Counted from the first letter of the whole stretch, positions 37,555 through 50,725 are shown. The stretch: 63,629 nt of DNA, filler included, from Chiloscyllium plagiosum (GCF_004010195.1; 4 parts of one record of this genome joined end to end with filler, not necessarily neighbours in it); one strand, 5' to 3'. Translations and numbers: made by a program. The notes: generated from the sequence alone by a model not told the origin.

Positions 37555-38149
37555 GTGCCAACACCTGAGCTGGTAGTTGTGGGTACCAGATTATGAGATG
37601 CTGCATGAAGCCTATCCTGTCTCTCAAGCATGATGCAAAAATTGGCTGCCAATTGGTTATATGAATAATATAAAACTATAAACTTCCACATACAATTGTA
37701 AGTGAAAAAGGTTATATACTTATTTGCTTTAGCAGAAGAATAGACTCGAATACAAAGCTGTATTTCTCCAATTAGTACACACTTCTGCTTCTTTGCAAAT
37801 CTGCCAAATGGAAAAAAATCAAGCTCATTATTTTTGTGGAAATGCTCCAAACAAAAAGATACATTGAAAGGATAGGAGTACTGAAGAATTTATATACTGT
37901 GATCACATTTCTTACATGAATAATATTTACCAGTAAGAGTAAACATGTAAATATAAGGTTTAATGAGCTCTAATGGTATTTTAGTACCTATGTAACGGTA
38001 CATATTTCTATTTGTCCAACATTTGTCACTGTAATTCGTTTATTGTCCTTATTCTGTTTACCAAGGATATGTTATGCTGGAATTTCTAGGAATCAGTTAC
38101 AATTGCCTTCTCTAAAACCATGCAAAAGCTGAAATGAATTCTACATTAG

Positions 38150-38388
38150 AAAAAGAGGAATTTTGTTGGATGACTATACATAATAGACAGGTCTACTGTT
38201 GACCTTGCTTTTACTCCTGTGTAGTCATAACCTTGTATACCTGGCTCTGTGCAAGCACCCTATGATTTGTATGTCCTTGTACATTAAGATCTGTCTGTAC
38301 TGCTAGCAAAACAGAACTTTTCACTGTGCTTAGGTACATGTGACAGCAATAAATCAAATCACATCAAACAAAATAAATCAAATCAAAT
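38150..38388 (+). mobile_element. Rex1/Babar-like LINE 3' UTR with (AAATC)n tail
   Basis: cttttcactgtgcttaggtacatgtgacagcaataaatcaaatc..; homologous to the 52430-52480 tail. Confidence 0.65.
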
Positions 38389-38528
38389 ATGCAAGTCATG
38401 CATTCACAGCCAGCAAATCACAATGTGGGATTGCCAAGGGTCAAAAACTAGAATATCCATGATATCCAATTACTACTTCCAAAAGTTTGGATTGCCTTCT
38501 GTCTCCTCACAAGATATTAATTGTGGTT

Positions 38529-38724
38529 TGGAGGTGCCAGTGTTAGACTGGGGTGGACAAAGTTAAAAATCACACAACACCAGGTTATGGTTTAACAGGT
38601 TTAATTGGAAGCACTAGCTCTAGGAATGCTGCTCCCTAATGAAGGAACAATGCTCCAAAAGCTAGTGCTTGTGCTTCCAAATAAATCTGTTGGACTATAA
38701 TCTGGTGTTGCGTAATTTTTAACT
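38529..38724. mobile_element. Palindromic Penelope-terminus element (family B)
   Basis: agttaaaaatcacacaacaccaggttat..ggaagcactagc is inverted to gctagtgctt..ccaaataaa..ataatctggtgttgcgtaatttttaact. Confidence 0.85.
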
Positions 38725-38775
38725 AAATACATTAATTAACTAACCTTGAAGCAAGTGTCTTGTATGATACTCAAG

Positions 38776-40152
38776 TTAGCGCTGAAAATGTGTTGCTGGA
38801 AAAGTGCAGCAGGTCAGGCAGCATCCAGGGAACAGGAGAATCGACGTTTCGGGCATAAGCCCTTCTTCAGGAATGAGGAAAGTTTGTCCAGCAGGCTAAG
38901 ATAAAAGGTAGGGAGGAGGGACTTGGGGGAGGGGTGTCGGAAATGTGATAGGTGGAAAGAGGTCAAGGTGAGGGTGATAGGTCAGACTGGGGTGGGGGCA
39001 GAGAGGTCGGGAAGAAGATTGCAGGTTAGGAAGGCGGTGCTGAATTCGATGGATTTGACTGAGACAAGGTGGGGGGAGGGGAAATGAGGAAACTGGTGAA
39101 ACCCGCGTTCCTGCCTTGTGGTTGGAGGGTTCCTAGGCAGAAGATGAGGCGCTCTTCCTCCAACCATCATTTTGTTGTGGTCTGGCGATGGAGGAGTCCA
39201 AAGACCTACATATCCTTGGTGGAGTGGGAGGGGGAATTGAAATGTTGAGCCACAGGGTGGTTGGCTTGGTTGGTCCGGGTGTCCCAGAGGTGTTCTCTGA
39301 AACACTCCGCAAGTAGCCGGCCTGTCTCCCCAATATAGAGGAGGCCACATCGGGTGCAGAGGACGCAATAGNNNNNNNNNNNNNNNNNNNNNNNNNNNNN
39401 NNNNNNNNNNNNNNNNNNNNNNNNNNNNNNNNNNNNNNNNNNNNNNNNNNNNNNNNNNNNNNNNNNNNNNNNNNNNNNNNNNNNNNNNNNNNNNNNNNNN
39501 NNNNNNNNNNNNNNNNNNNNNNNNNNNNNNNNNNNNNNNNNNNNNNNNNNNNNNNNNNNNNNNNNNNNNNNNNNNNNNNNNNNNNNNNNNNNNNNNNNNN
39601 NNNNNNNNNNNNNNNNNNNNNNNNNNNNNNNNNNNNNNNNNNNNNNNNNNNNNNNNNNNNNNNNNNNNNNNNNNNNNNNNNNNNNNNNNNNNNNNNNNNN
39701 NNNNNNNNNNNNNNNNNNNNNNNNNNNNNNNNNNNNNNNNNNNNNNNNNNNNNNNNNNNNNNNNNNNNNNNNNNNNNNNNNNNNNNNNNNNNNNNNNNNN
39801 NNNNNNNNNNNNNNNNNNNNNNNNNNNNNNNNNNNNNNNNNNNNNNNNNNNNNNNNNNNNNNNNNNNNNNNNNNNNNNNNNNNNNNNNNNNNNNNNNNNN
39901 NNNNNNNNNNNNNNNNNNNNNNNNNNNNNNNNNNNNNNNNNNNNNNNNNNNNNNNNNACAGTCATCGATGTAGCGGAGGAAAAAGTGGGGGGTGGGGCCA
40001 GTGTAGTTGCGGAAGATGGATTGTTCCACATATCCTACGAAGAGGCAGGCTTAGCTGGGGCCCATGCGGGTGCCCATGGCCACTCCTTTCGTTTGGAGGA
40101 AGTGGGAGGATTGGAAAGAGAAGTTGTTCAGGGTGAGGACCAGTTCAGTCAG
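38776..40152 (-). mobile_element. 5'-truncated Penelope element: RT + GIY-YIG + hammerhead-bearing terminus, 11-bp TSD
   Basis: LTLNNFSFQSSHFLQTKGVAMGTRMGPS*ACLFVGYVEQSIF..FLRYIDDC (RT); CTRCGLLYIGETGRLLAECFREHL (GIY-YIG); hammerhead at ~38839-38874; TGATACTCAAG at 38765-38775 and 40153-40163. Confidence 0.93.
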
Positions 40153-40262
40153 TGATACTCAAGACAGCCAAATAGAGAAGGATTTAGAGCATCACTTCAC
40201 GGCAGTGTCATCCAAAATAAAGGGAGGCAAATCATGAAAATTTCTGTTTTTGTACTCCACTT

Positions 40263-40745
40263 TACAGGAGTTGGGGGGTCATGTTGCGGCTGTACAGGAC
40301 ATTGGTTTGGCCATTGTTGGAATATTACGTGCAATTCTGGTCGGAGGCTGAGGGATGACCTTATAGAGGTTTACAAAATTATGAGAGGCATGGATAGGGT
40401 AAATAGGCAAAGTCTTTTCCCTGGGGTGCGGGAGTCCAGAACTAGAGGGCATAGGTTTAGGGTGAGAGTGGAAAGATATAAAAGAGACCTAAGGGGCAAT
40501 TATTTCACACAGAGGGTGATGTGTGTATGGAATGAGCTGCCAGAGGAAGTGGTGGAGGCTGGTACAATGCAACATTTAAGTGGCATTTGGATGGGTATAT
40601 GAATAGGAAGGGTTTGGAGGGATATGGGCCCGGTGCTGGCAGGTGGGACTAGATTGGGTTGGCATATCTGGTCGGCATGGACAGGTTGGACCGAAGGGTC
40701 TGTTTCCATGCTGTACATCTCTATGACTCTATGTCTTTATGACTT
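40263..40745 (+). mobile_element. CR1 LINE 3' fragment with internal deletion
   Basis: RRLRDDLIEVYKIMRGMDRVN..RTRGH..FTQRV..WNELP; (CTCTATGA)-type tail. Confidence 0.92.
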
Positions 40746-41629
40746 TCCATGCAGGTACAGGATTCTGGCTGACATAATACTGGGAGACAGGAAAAAGCTT
40801 TCTGCAGAAGAGAAGTGTTGCCTCATTCTGCAACGGTGTAAGTTACAAGGCTGGCAGGTACGTAACTGTTAAAGTGTGAGTTTTTTTTTTGTGTGGTCAC
40901 TGCATTACAACTAGACTGGCATGTGTATGCCATCATATAAATTACAATAGAAACATTGCCACCTTGAAGACATGCATCCACCATTTAGCTTCTATTGATG
41001 CTGCTGCTGAACAACACAAACATAAAGGGCTCGACCAGAAATTGAGGTCTTCTAAAAATAGTGCTGACAGGGAGAACTGGTCACAAAATCACAGGTCCAC
41101 CAGCGAAGCAGTAATTCTGAATTCACGTCCAATGACCACAAGTTATGAGATCAATAAAGCAATTAATTTGTGGTCTGGCAACAAACATTGACCATGAAAG
41201 TGACCAGATTGGTACAAAAATTAAACTGATACTTTATTATACATCAGGGACGAGTGCTGTCACTGTCACATGATCTTAACAACAATATTACATTAGTCCT
41301 ACGCTCTGTGGTTTACTCTTAATAGTGTCAAGACAGTCTGGAATTGATAGTAATTGCTACCTTGATGAAATTGGTCACATCCCAACACCAGAAAAGCTAT
41401 CACCAGTTCTCACAGGAAGCAGCTGCTCCGGCAATCAGCCTTTATACTGAAGCAGTCAACACAAATTTGTGCAATCAGGTATAAATAAATGGACAATTAT
41501 TAAAACATACATGCAACCATCCAGTTTAGAATCCTGCCATAATACTAACAGCAAAAGAACAAAAACATCAGGTTCTGGAAATCTGGTACAGAAAAAAAAC
41601 AAACTGCAAGAATCACTCTGGTACAGATC

Positions 41630-41889
41630 AAACAAAAAATAGCAGATGCTGGAATCCATGGTAGACAGGCAGGAGGCTGGAAGAACACAGCAAGCCAGGC
41701 AGCATCAGCAGGTGGAGAAGTCAATGTTTTGGGTGTGACCTTTCTTCAGGACTGGGGGTGTAGGGTGTAGGGGGAACTCCCCTGTGCTGAGAGGAGCAGC
41801 ACAGGGGAGTTCCCCCTACACCCTACACCCCCCAGTCCTGAAGAAGGGTCACACCCAAAACATTGACTTCTCCACCTCCTGATGCTGCC
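41630..41889. mobile_element. Palindromic Penelope-terminus element (family C), ~92-bp arms
   Basis: Arms 41698-41789 and 41797-41889, loop AGAGGAG; hammerhead AGTC-CTGAAGA-A-GGGT-CAC-ACCC-(A)AAA-CA-TT/GACT. Confidence 0.9.
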
Positions 41890-42224
41890 CAGAGTCAATC
41901 TGCTGGCCCAATAGCATCTGTGGAGAAATTAGCGTGGTTAATGTTTCAGGTCAATGACCTTGACATTTCTCAATACAACTACTGCCAGGCCAGCAGAGTG
42001 TTTCTCCTGTATTTTTCAATGTTGTTTGAACATTATGCAGTGGTATTATTGTCTTTCAATTAAAGTTCAAACAGAGAAGCTTACCAGAATGTGCAGTATG
42101 CAGAAAATAATGAGAAAGGTATTTTGCTCCATGGAATCTGCATCTTCCACTGAATAAACTTTTAATCTTTAATGCTCCATTAATGGTTTTCTTTAATTAA
42201 CTAAGCAATTTTGATTCAACTATT

Positions 42225-42457
42225 TGTAGTTGATTGTATCAGGTTAGCTAGTTGGGTCTCTTGAATATGAACTCCTTGACGAGGGCTATTAATCTGATCC
42301 AATCAGGGAGAACTGTTTGACATAAAAAATTGAATGTCAGGGACATTGAATCAGGGGATGCCTGACTTAGTGAGAGACATTGCTATTGTCAATGATGATG
42401 CATTTGTACATAAAGGGTATCTGGAGATGGAATGCTGACCTCTGAAGAGTTATTTGA
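42225..42457 (+). mobile_element. Diverged solo LTR (family of 33621-33853)
   Basis: tgtagttgattgtatcaggttagc..tccaatcagggag..acataaaggg..cctctgaagagttatttga aligns by eye with the reverse complement of 33621-33853. Confidence 0.6.
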
Positions 42458-42537
42458 CCATTATTCTTGTTTTCAATGAAAATCTAAGGTTAGATTTTGC
42501 AAGTCTCTGCTTGCAGCACAGAGTTTCACTTGACAGG

Positions 42538-45500
42538 GGAGGACGGGAAAAATTTCTGGTTGTAACAGCTGCTTCTTTTTTGAGGTATTTTAGGTGCTGA
42601 AGGTGATTTCTTTGAATTCCAGGAGCAGCAATTACTGTTTTAAATGCTGTTGCATTGTTTTGGAACTTTGGGGAAAAAAAGTCAAAACAACAGCAGTTTT
42701 AAAAGGGAGAAGAGCAGACAAAGGAAGCACATGGTGAGGACAGTGCAGGAGAGAGAGAGAGAACCTGCATAGTTACTGCCTTTGCTGTTTTGAATTCATG
42801 TATCGCTGGACATCGGAGTGTGTCTGGGAAAAATAACAAACAGTGAAATTCACAACTAATCTTGGAGGAACCTGTTTGGGTGAAGTTCACAACATAGAAT
42901 CAGATATGTTAATCATTTTAAGTGTGTCCAACAGAAAGGCTGCAGTAGTGAGTAGTGTGGTTTCTTTCTTGATTATATGTTTTTGCAGATATGTTTCTTG
43001 ATTAAACTTAAAATATAAGCCATAACTATTAATTTAACGTAGGGCAGTGTTTTGTAGAGGAATAAGACGGTGTTATTTTCTGGGTCTGTAGATTGCGAAG
43101 GAGCAAAAATGGCCTTTGCAGTGATATGTACTTCTTGTCAGATGTGGGAGTTTAAAGAGAGTTTAAGGGTTACTGCGGGTTACATCTGCCATAAATGCTG
43201 TTGGATGTGAATCTTATCAGATCGAGTGGATCAGTTGAGGAGACAGTTAGAAGCAATAAGGAATTTGCAAAAGCAACAGTATGTTTTTGGGATCCTTCGG
43301 GGGAGGGAGAGCAGCCCCAAGTCATGGTCCACATTGGCACCAACGACATAGGTCGGAAGAGAGATGGGGACTTGAGGCAGAAATTCAGGGAGCTAGGATG
43401 AAAGATTAGAGCTAGGACAAACAGAGTTGTTTTCTCTGGTTTGCTGCCCTTGCCACGTGCTAGTGAGACGAGGAATAGGGAGAGAAAGGAGTTGAACACG
43501 TGGCTACAAGGATGGTGCAGGAGGGAGGGTTTCAGGTTTTTGGATAATTGGAGCTCTTTCTGGGGTAGGCGGGACCTCTACAAGCAGGATCGTCTTCATC
43601 TAAACCAGAGGAGTACCAATATCCTGAGTGGGAAATTCACTAAAGCTATTAAGGTGGATTTAAACTAATACAGCAGGGGGATGGGAACCAAAATTGTAGG
43701 ACAGGTACAGAACAGGATGAGAGTAGGGAGTTCCCAAATCAAGTATCTGACACTGGCAAGTGAGAACCTGGTTTGAAGTGTGTATACTTCAACGTGAGGA
43801 GCATCTGAAATAAAGTGGGTGAACTGGCAGCATGGGTTGGTACCTGGGACTTCGATGTTGTGGCCATTATGGAGACCTGGATAGAGCAGGGACAGGAATG
43901 GCTGTTGCAGATTCCAGGATTCAGATGTTTCAGTAAGAACAGAGAAGATGGTAAAAGAGGGGGAGGTGTGGCATTGTTGATCAGGGACAATATTACAGTT
44001 GTAGAAAGGATATTTGGGGACTCGTTAACTGAGGTAGTATGGCCTAGGTTAGAAACAGGAAAGGAGAAGTCCCCATGCTGGGAGTTTTCTATAGGCCTCC
44101 GAATAGTCCCAGAGATGTAGAGGAAAGGATAGCAAAGATGATTCTCAATAGGAGTGAGAGAGGCAGGGTAGTTGTCATGGGGGACTTCAACTATCCAAAT
44201 ATTGACTGGGATCACTACAGTACGCGTACTATAGATGGGTCAGTTTTTGTCCAGTGTGTGCAGGAGGGCTTCCTGACATGCCTACAAGGGGCGAAGCCAC
44301 TTTAGATTTAGTACTGGGTAATGAGCCTGGCCAGGTGTTAGATTTGGAAGTAGGTGAGCACTTTGGAGACAGCGATCACAATTCTGTCAGGTTTACTTCA
44401 GTGATAGAAAGGGATAGGTGTACTCCACCGAGCAAGAGTTACAGCTGGGGGAAGGGAAATTACGATGCAATTAGGAAAGATTTAGGAAGCGTAGAATGGG
44501 GAAGGAAACTGCAGGGGATGAGCACATTAAAAATGTGGAGCTTATTCAAGGATAAGTATGTACCTGTCAGGCAGGGAGGAAGTTATAGATCGCATGGTTT
44601 ATTAAGGAAGTGGAATCCCTGGTCAAGCAGAAGAAGAAGACTTATGTTAGGACAAAATGTGAAAACTCAGTTAGGGCGCTTGAGGGTTACAAGGAATTCA
44701 GGAAAGACCGAAGAAGAGAGCTCAGAAGAGCCAGGAGGGGACATGAGAAATTGTTGGCGGATAGGATCAGGGTTAACCCTAAGGCTTTCCATAGGTATGT
44801 CAGGAATAAAAGAATGACGAGAGTTAAATTAGGGCCAATCAAGGATAATAGTGGGAAGTTGTGTGTGGAGTCAGAGGAGATAGGGGAAGCACTAAATAAA
44901 TATTTTTCGACAGTGTTCACTATAGAAAATGAAAATGTTGGCAAGGAAGATACAGAGATACTTGCATCTAGACTAGAAGAGATTGAAGTTCACAAGGAAG
45001 AGGTATTAGAAATACTGCAGAGTGTGAAAATAGACAAGTCCCCTGGGCCGGATCCTAGGATCCTCTGGGAAGCAAGGAAAAGGGATTGCCAAGCCTTTGG
45101 CATTGATCTTCAAATCATCATTGTCTACAGGAATAGTGCTTGAGGACTGGAGGATAGCAAATATGGTTCCCTTGTTCAAAAAGGGTAGTAGATACAACCC
45201 TGGTAATTACAGACCAGTGAGTGTCACTTCAGTTGTTGGAAAAGTGTTAGAAAATGTTATAAGAGATAGGATTTATAACTATCTAGAAAAGAATAATCTG
45301 ATCAGGGACAGTCAGCATGGTTTTGTGAAGGATAGGCCGTGCCTCACAGATCTTATTGAGTTTTTTGACAAAGTGACCAAACAGGTAGATGAGAGTAAAC
45401 CCTACACCACAGGTAGATGTGGTGTATATGAATTTCAACAAGGCGTTCGATAAGGTTCCCCACAATAGGCTATTATACAAAATGTGGAGGAATGGGATTG

Positions 45501-46049
45501 TGGGAGACATAGCAGTTTGGATCAGTAATTGGCTTGCTGAAAGAAAACAGAGGGTTGTAGTTGATAGAACATGTTCATCTTAATGTCCAGTTACTAGCGG
45601 CGTACCGCAAGGGTTGGTGTTGGGTCCACTGCTGTTCGTCATTTTTATAAATGACCTGGATGAGGGCTTAGAAGGGTGGGTTAGTAAATTTGCGGACGAC
45701 ATGAAGGTTGGTGGAGTTGTGGATAGTGACGAAGGATGTAGTAGGTTGCAGAGAGACATAGATAGGATGCAGAGCTGAGCTGAGAAGTGGCAAATGGAGT
45801 TTAATGTGGACAAGTGTGAGGTGATACACTTTGGACGGAGTAATCGGAATGCAAAGTACTGGGCTAATGGTAGGGTTCTTGGGAGTACAGATGAGCAGAG
45901 AGATCTCGGTGTCCATGTACACAGATCCCTGAAAGTTGCCACCCAGATTGACAGGATTGTTAAGAAGGCATACAGTGTTTTGGTCTTTATTAATAGAGGG
46001 ATTGAGTTCCAGAACCATGACGTTATGCTATAGCTGTACAAAACTCTGC
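42538..46049 (+). mobile_element. Near-full-length degenerate CR1 LINE: 5' UTR, ORF1 (internally deleted), ORF2 APE-RT; 3' end missing
   Basis: ORF1 ATG at 43109 MAFAVICTSCQMW; esterase VHIGTNDIG..WCRREGFRFLDNW; endonuclease WDFDVVAIMETW, VVMGDFN, GDSDHN; RT PGNYRPVSVTS, QHGFV, GVPQG, KFADD. Confidence 0.95.
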
Positions 46050-48540
46050 ATAAGGTATATGGGACTGGGATATCATAGCAATTACAGAAACATGGCTCAG
46101 GGATGGGCAGGACTGGCAGCTTAATGTTCCAGGAAGGATAGAAAGGGAGGCAAGCGAGGAGAGGGATTGGCATTTTTGAAAAAGGATAGCATTACAGCTA
46201 TGCTGAGGGAGGATATTCCCGGAAATACATCCAGGGAAGTTATTTGGGTGGAATAAGAAAGGGATGATCACCTTATTGGGATTGTATTATAGACCCCCCT
46301 AATAGTCAGAGGGAAATTGAGATTCAAACTTGTAAGGAGATCTCAGCAATCTGTAAGAAAAATAAGGTGGTTAAGGTAGGGGATTTTAACTTTCCAAACA
46401 TCGACTGGGACTGCCATTGTGTTAAAGGTTTAGATGAAGAGGAATTTGTTAAGTGTGTACAAGACAATTTTCTGATTCAGTATGTGGATGTACCTACTAG
46501 AGAAGGTGCAAAACCTGACATACTCTTGGGAAATAAGGCAGGGCAGGTAACTGAGGTGTCAGTGGGGGAGCACTTTGGGGCCAGCGACCATAATTCTATT
46601 AGATTTAAAATAGTGATTGGAAAAGGATAGACCAGATCTAAAAGTTGAAGTTCTAAGTTGGAGAAAGGCCAATTTTGATGGTATTAGACAAGAACTTTCG
46701 GAAGCTGATTGGGGGCAGATGTTTGCGGGTAAAGGGACGGCTGGAAAATGGGAAGCCTTCAGAAATGAGATAACAAGAATCCAGAGAAAGTATATTGGTG
46801 TCAGGGTGAAGGAAAGGCTGGTAGATATAGGGAAGGCTGGATGACTAAAGAAATTGAGGGTTTGGTTAAGAAAAAGAAGGAAGTATATGTAAGGTATAGA
46901 CAGGATAGATCGAGTGAATCCTTAGAGTATAAAGGAAGTAGGAGTATACTTAACAGAGAAATCAGGAGGGCAGAACAGGGACATGAGATAGCTTTGGCAA
47001 ATAGAATTAAGGAAAATCCAAAGGGTTATTACAAATACATTAAGGACAAAAGGGTAATAAGGCCCCTCAAAGATCAGCAAGGCGGCCTTTGTGTGGAGCT
47101 GCAGAAAATGGGGGAGATACTGAATGAGTATTTTGCATCAGTATTTACTGTGGAAAAGGATATGGAAGATATAGAATGTAAGGAAATAGATGGTGACATC
47201 TTTTACAGAGGAGGAAGTGCCGGATGTCTTGATACAGGTAAAGGTAGATAAATCCCCAGGACCTGATCAGGTGTACCTGAGAACCCTGTGGGAAGCTGGA
47301 GAAGTGATTGCTGGTCCTCTTGCTGAGATATTTGTATCATCGATAGTCACAGGTGAGGTGCCGGATGACTGGAGGTTGGCAAACATGGTGCCACTGTTTA
47401 AGAAGAGTGGTAAGGACAAGTCAGGGAACTATAGACCAGTGAGCCTGACCTCGGTGGTGGGCAAGTTGTTCGAGGGAATCCTGAGGGACAGGATGTACAT
47501 GTATTTGGAAAGGCAAGGACTGATTAGNNNNNNNNNNNNNNNNNNNNNNNNNNNNNNNNNNNNNNNNNNNNNNNNNNNNNNNNNNNNNNNNNNNNNNNNN
47601 NNNNNNNNNNNNNNNNNNNNNNNNNNNNNNNNNNNNNNNNNNNNNNNNNNNNNNNNNNNNNNNNNNNNNNNNNNNNNNNNNNNNNNNNNNNNNNNNNNNN
47701 NNNNNNNNNNNNNNNNNNNNNNNNNNNNNNNNNNNNNNNNNNNNNNNNNNNNNNNNNNNNNNNNNNNNNNNNNNNNNNNNNNNNNNNNNNNNNNNNNNNN
47801 NNNNNNNTGCTGAACAAAGAGACCTTGGAGTGCAGGTTCATAGCTCCTTGAAAGTGGTGTCGCAGGTAGATAGGATAGTGAAGAAGGCGTTAGGTATGCT
47901 TTCCTTTATTGGTCAGAGTATTGAGTACAGGAGTTGGGAGGTCATGTTGCGGCTGTACAGGACATTGGTTAGGCCGCTATTGGAATATTGTGTGCAGTTC
48001 TGGCCTCCTTCCTGTCAGAAAGATGTTGTGAAACTTGAAAGGGTTCAGAAAAGATTTACAAGGATGTTGCCAGGGTTGGAGGATTTGAGCTATAAGGAGA
48101 GGCCGAACAGGCTAAGGCTGTTTTCCCTGGAGCGTCGGAGGCTGAGGGGTGACCTTATAGAGGTTTACAAAATTATGAAGGGCATGGAGAGGGTAAATAG
48201 GCAAAGTCTTTTCCCTGGGATCGAGGAGTCCAGAACTAGAGGGCATAGGTTTAGGATGAGAGGGGAATGATATAAAAGAGACCTAAGGGGCATCTTTTTC
48301 ACACAGAGGGTAGTATGGGTATGGAATGAGCTGCCAGAGGATGTGGAGCAGGCTGGTACAATTGCAACATTTACGAGGCATTTGGATATATATATGAATA
48401 GGAAGGGTTTGGAGGAATATGGGCCAGGTGCTGGCAGGTGGGACTAGATTGGGTTGGAGATATCTGGTCGGCATGGACGAGTTAGACCGAAGGGTCTGTT
48501 TCCATGCTGTACATCTCTATGACTCAATGACTCTCTATGA
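46050..48540 (+). mobile_element. Second CR1 LINE (different subfamily), 5'-truncated in the endonuclease, intact 3' end
   Basis: WDWDIIAITETWL, GDFNFP, GASDHN, KSPGPDQ, GNYRPVSLTS, LYRTLVRPLLEY; tail ctctatgactcaatgactctctatga. Contains an N gap. Confidence 0.95.
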
Positions 48541-49034
48541 GTACAGTATAGTGCAGAGTATCAGGCACAAAGGTCAGTACACATAGAACACCTGATTCTG
48601 GATAATTAAAATGAATTAGCAGAAGATCGGGAATGTCACAGCTTGGTGGATTGACATTATCACTTGATTTTCTAACCTGTTCTCTGTCAAATGAGACTTG
48701 AGCCTCAAAGAAAGATTAGCTTTCTTGTTGACAAGCGTAAACCTGAGTATTTTTGCCTTTGGAAGAGCTCTTACTATTGCTGTTCTACTTTTTGTTCATT
48801 TTGTCACTTAGTGTTAGCATTTGACCAGCTTTATAAAGGATTGATCTCCATAAGTGCAAATATGCTTTTAGTATCAACATGAATTTCAGACATTTCTATC
48901 TCTTACAATTTTAATTGTGTGTGAGAATATTTCAAGCCTGCAGGTTTTCTTACTACAGTAAGTGGATTTCAATTTCAATACTTTTTTTTGGCCTAATGAA
49001 ATGTTTCAGAAAGATTGGTTTGATTTTAACTTTT

Positions 49035-49382
49035 TAAAAAATTCATTCATAAGGTGAGGGTGTCACCAGCTTGGCCAGCATTTATTACCCATCCTTAATT
49101 GCCCAGAGGGCAATTAGGCGTCACCCACATTGCTGTGGGTCTGGAGTCACATGTAGGCCAGACCAGGTAAGGATGGTAGTTTCCTTCCCTAAAGGACATT
49201 AGTGAGCCAGATTGCTTTTCCCAACAATCAATTCATGATCATTATTAGACATTTAATTCCAAATTTTTATTGAATTCTAATTCCATCATCTGCTGCAGTG
49301 AGATTTGAGCCTGGGTCCCCAGAACAATACCCAGGTTTCTGAATTAACAGTCTAATAATAATACCACTAGACCAGCACCTTC
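49035..49382 (-). mobile_element. Second tRNA-derived SINE family
   Basis: Minus-strand A-box tggtctagtgg and B-box-like ggctcaaatct; homologous to 22465-22810. Confidence 0.8.
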
Positions 49383-49462
49383 CGGCTTTCCAGCTTTTCA
49401 TTTGTTGTGAGGAAATCCAGCAGTGTCAGAGCACTGGCATTTCAACAATGTTTTTTCCATAA

Positions 49463-49747
49463 GGATGGCACGGTGGCACAATGGTTAGCACTGCTGCCTC
49501 ACAGTGCCAGGGACCCAAGTTTGATTCCTGCCTTGGGTCTCTGTCTGTGTAGAGTTTGCACGTTCTCCCCATGTCTGCATGGGTTTCCTCTGATTTCATC
49601 CCACAGTCCAAAGACGTGCAGGTTATGTGGATTGGCCATGCTGAAGAGTCCAGGGATGTGTATGTTAGGTGGATCTGCCATGGGAAGTGCTCTTTGGAGG
49701 GTCAGTATAGGCCAAATGGCCAGCTTCCACACTGTAGGGATTCTATG
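49463..49747 (+). mobile_element. HE1/V-SINE-like SINE
   Basis: ggcacggtggcacaatggttagcactgctgcctcacag, V-domain, tail gtagggattctatg. Confidence 0.9.
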
Positions 49748-49789
49748 CTTGTGAGCAGCTTGTTAATATAGCCACATGTTTGCATATTG

Positions 49790-50725
49790 TTTCTTGGGTT
49801 CATGACCAATTGGAACAAACAAGCATTGTGATGAGATGTGGCAATGCAGTGCCACACAATGTTGAATGAAACTCCGAGGACAGGAAATGTTAAGTGGTAT
49901 GTCACATTCAACTGTATTGTCTTGTGGAGTTTATGCCAAATCTACTTCCTAAGCACTCCCCTGCACATTAGTCCATAAACCATTTGAACGTGCAGATGCA
50001 CCCAGCCCTCTCTGTCAAGACTCCTTCCCATCCCTGTTATAAATTGGCACACGTTCCATCTTAAGACAATGTCGGACCAATATCTCAATGACCATCAACA
50101 ACTATTAGATTTGTAGATTCTCAAAGCATCCCACTTTTTCTTAATCATATGTTTCTTCCTACACTCCTTGCAAGAAAGTAGAGCACCAGGGAGAGGCGGA
50201 GAATTGGATAATGTCCTCTAATAATCTTTGCTTTGACAATTGTAGAAGAGGAAGCTTTGGAAATAAGCTGGCTCTCACATTGGTGATGAAAATAGGGTTT
50301 TCCTGCTGACAGAACTGAACACCACACAGCTGTGGTGTCCATCTTGACTTGGTGCAAGCAGACAAAATGAAATGACAATAAAAAAACTGCAATAATTTAG
50401 CACCTTCTTAGCTTTGAATTATGCCTATCATTTCCTATAGACCTTTCATGTCCATCAGGAAATGGTTGAAGGGGAGGATGTGGACACCTCAGAAAAGAGA
50501 GCTCACTTTGTGGATGCACTGTCGAAGGGTCCATGCTCACTGTCCACCAGCTCAGATACACACACCGAGGTGTGGGCAAGAATGCAGAGATAAGTAATAG
50601 GTTGTCATGTGGTTTCTCAGATATTAAAAGTGAGAGCAAAGACAGGTGCAGCTATAGAGAGTCCTTTGTGGAGGGTACCGTACCTTCCAAGAACTGCTTA
50701 GCTGGACCTTGGGAGACAAGAAGCA
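49790..50725 (+). pseudogene. Possible decayed Harbinger Myb/SANT ORF pieces
   Basis: MQCHTMLNETPRTG near 49843 resembles QCRKRFNDL; a STSSDTHTEV Ser/Thr-rich segment lies near 50540; convergent with the transposase relic at 53890-54640. Confidence 0.3.

Noticed and set aside
38982..40031. Longest ORFs (349 and 298 aa) and other X-rich ORFs
   Set aside because: Their length comes from N gaps; the real coding signal is Penelope or CR1 relic.
41783..41803. GTGCTG-AGAGGAG-CAGCAC loop resembling the satellite hairpin CAGCAC-AGAGGAG-GTGCTG
   Set aside because: The stem order is reversed and the match is short; treated as coincidence.
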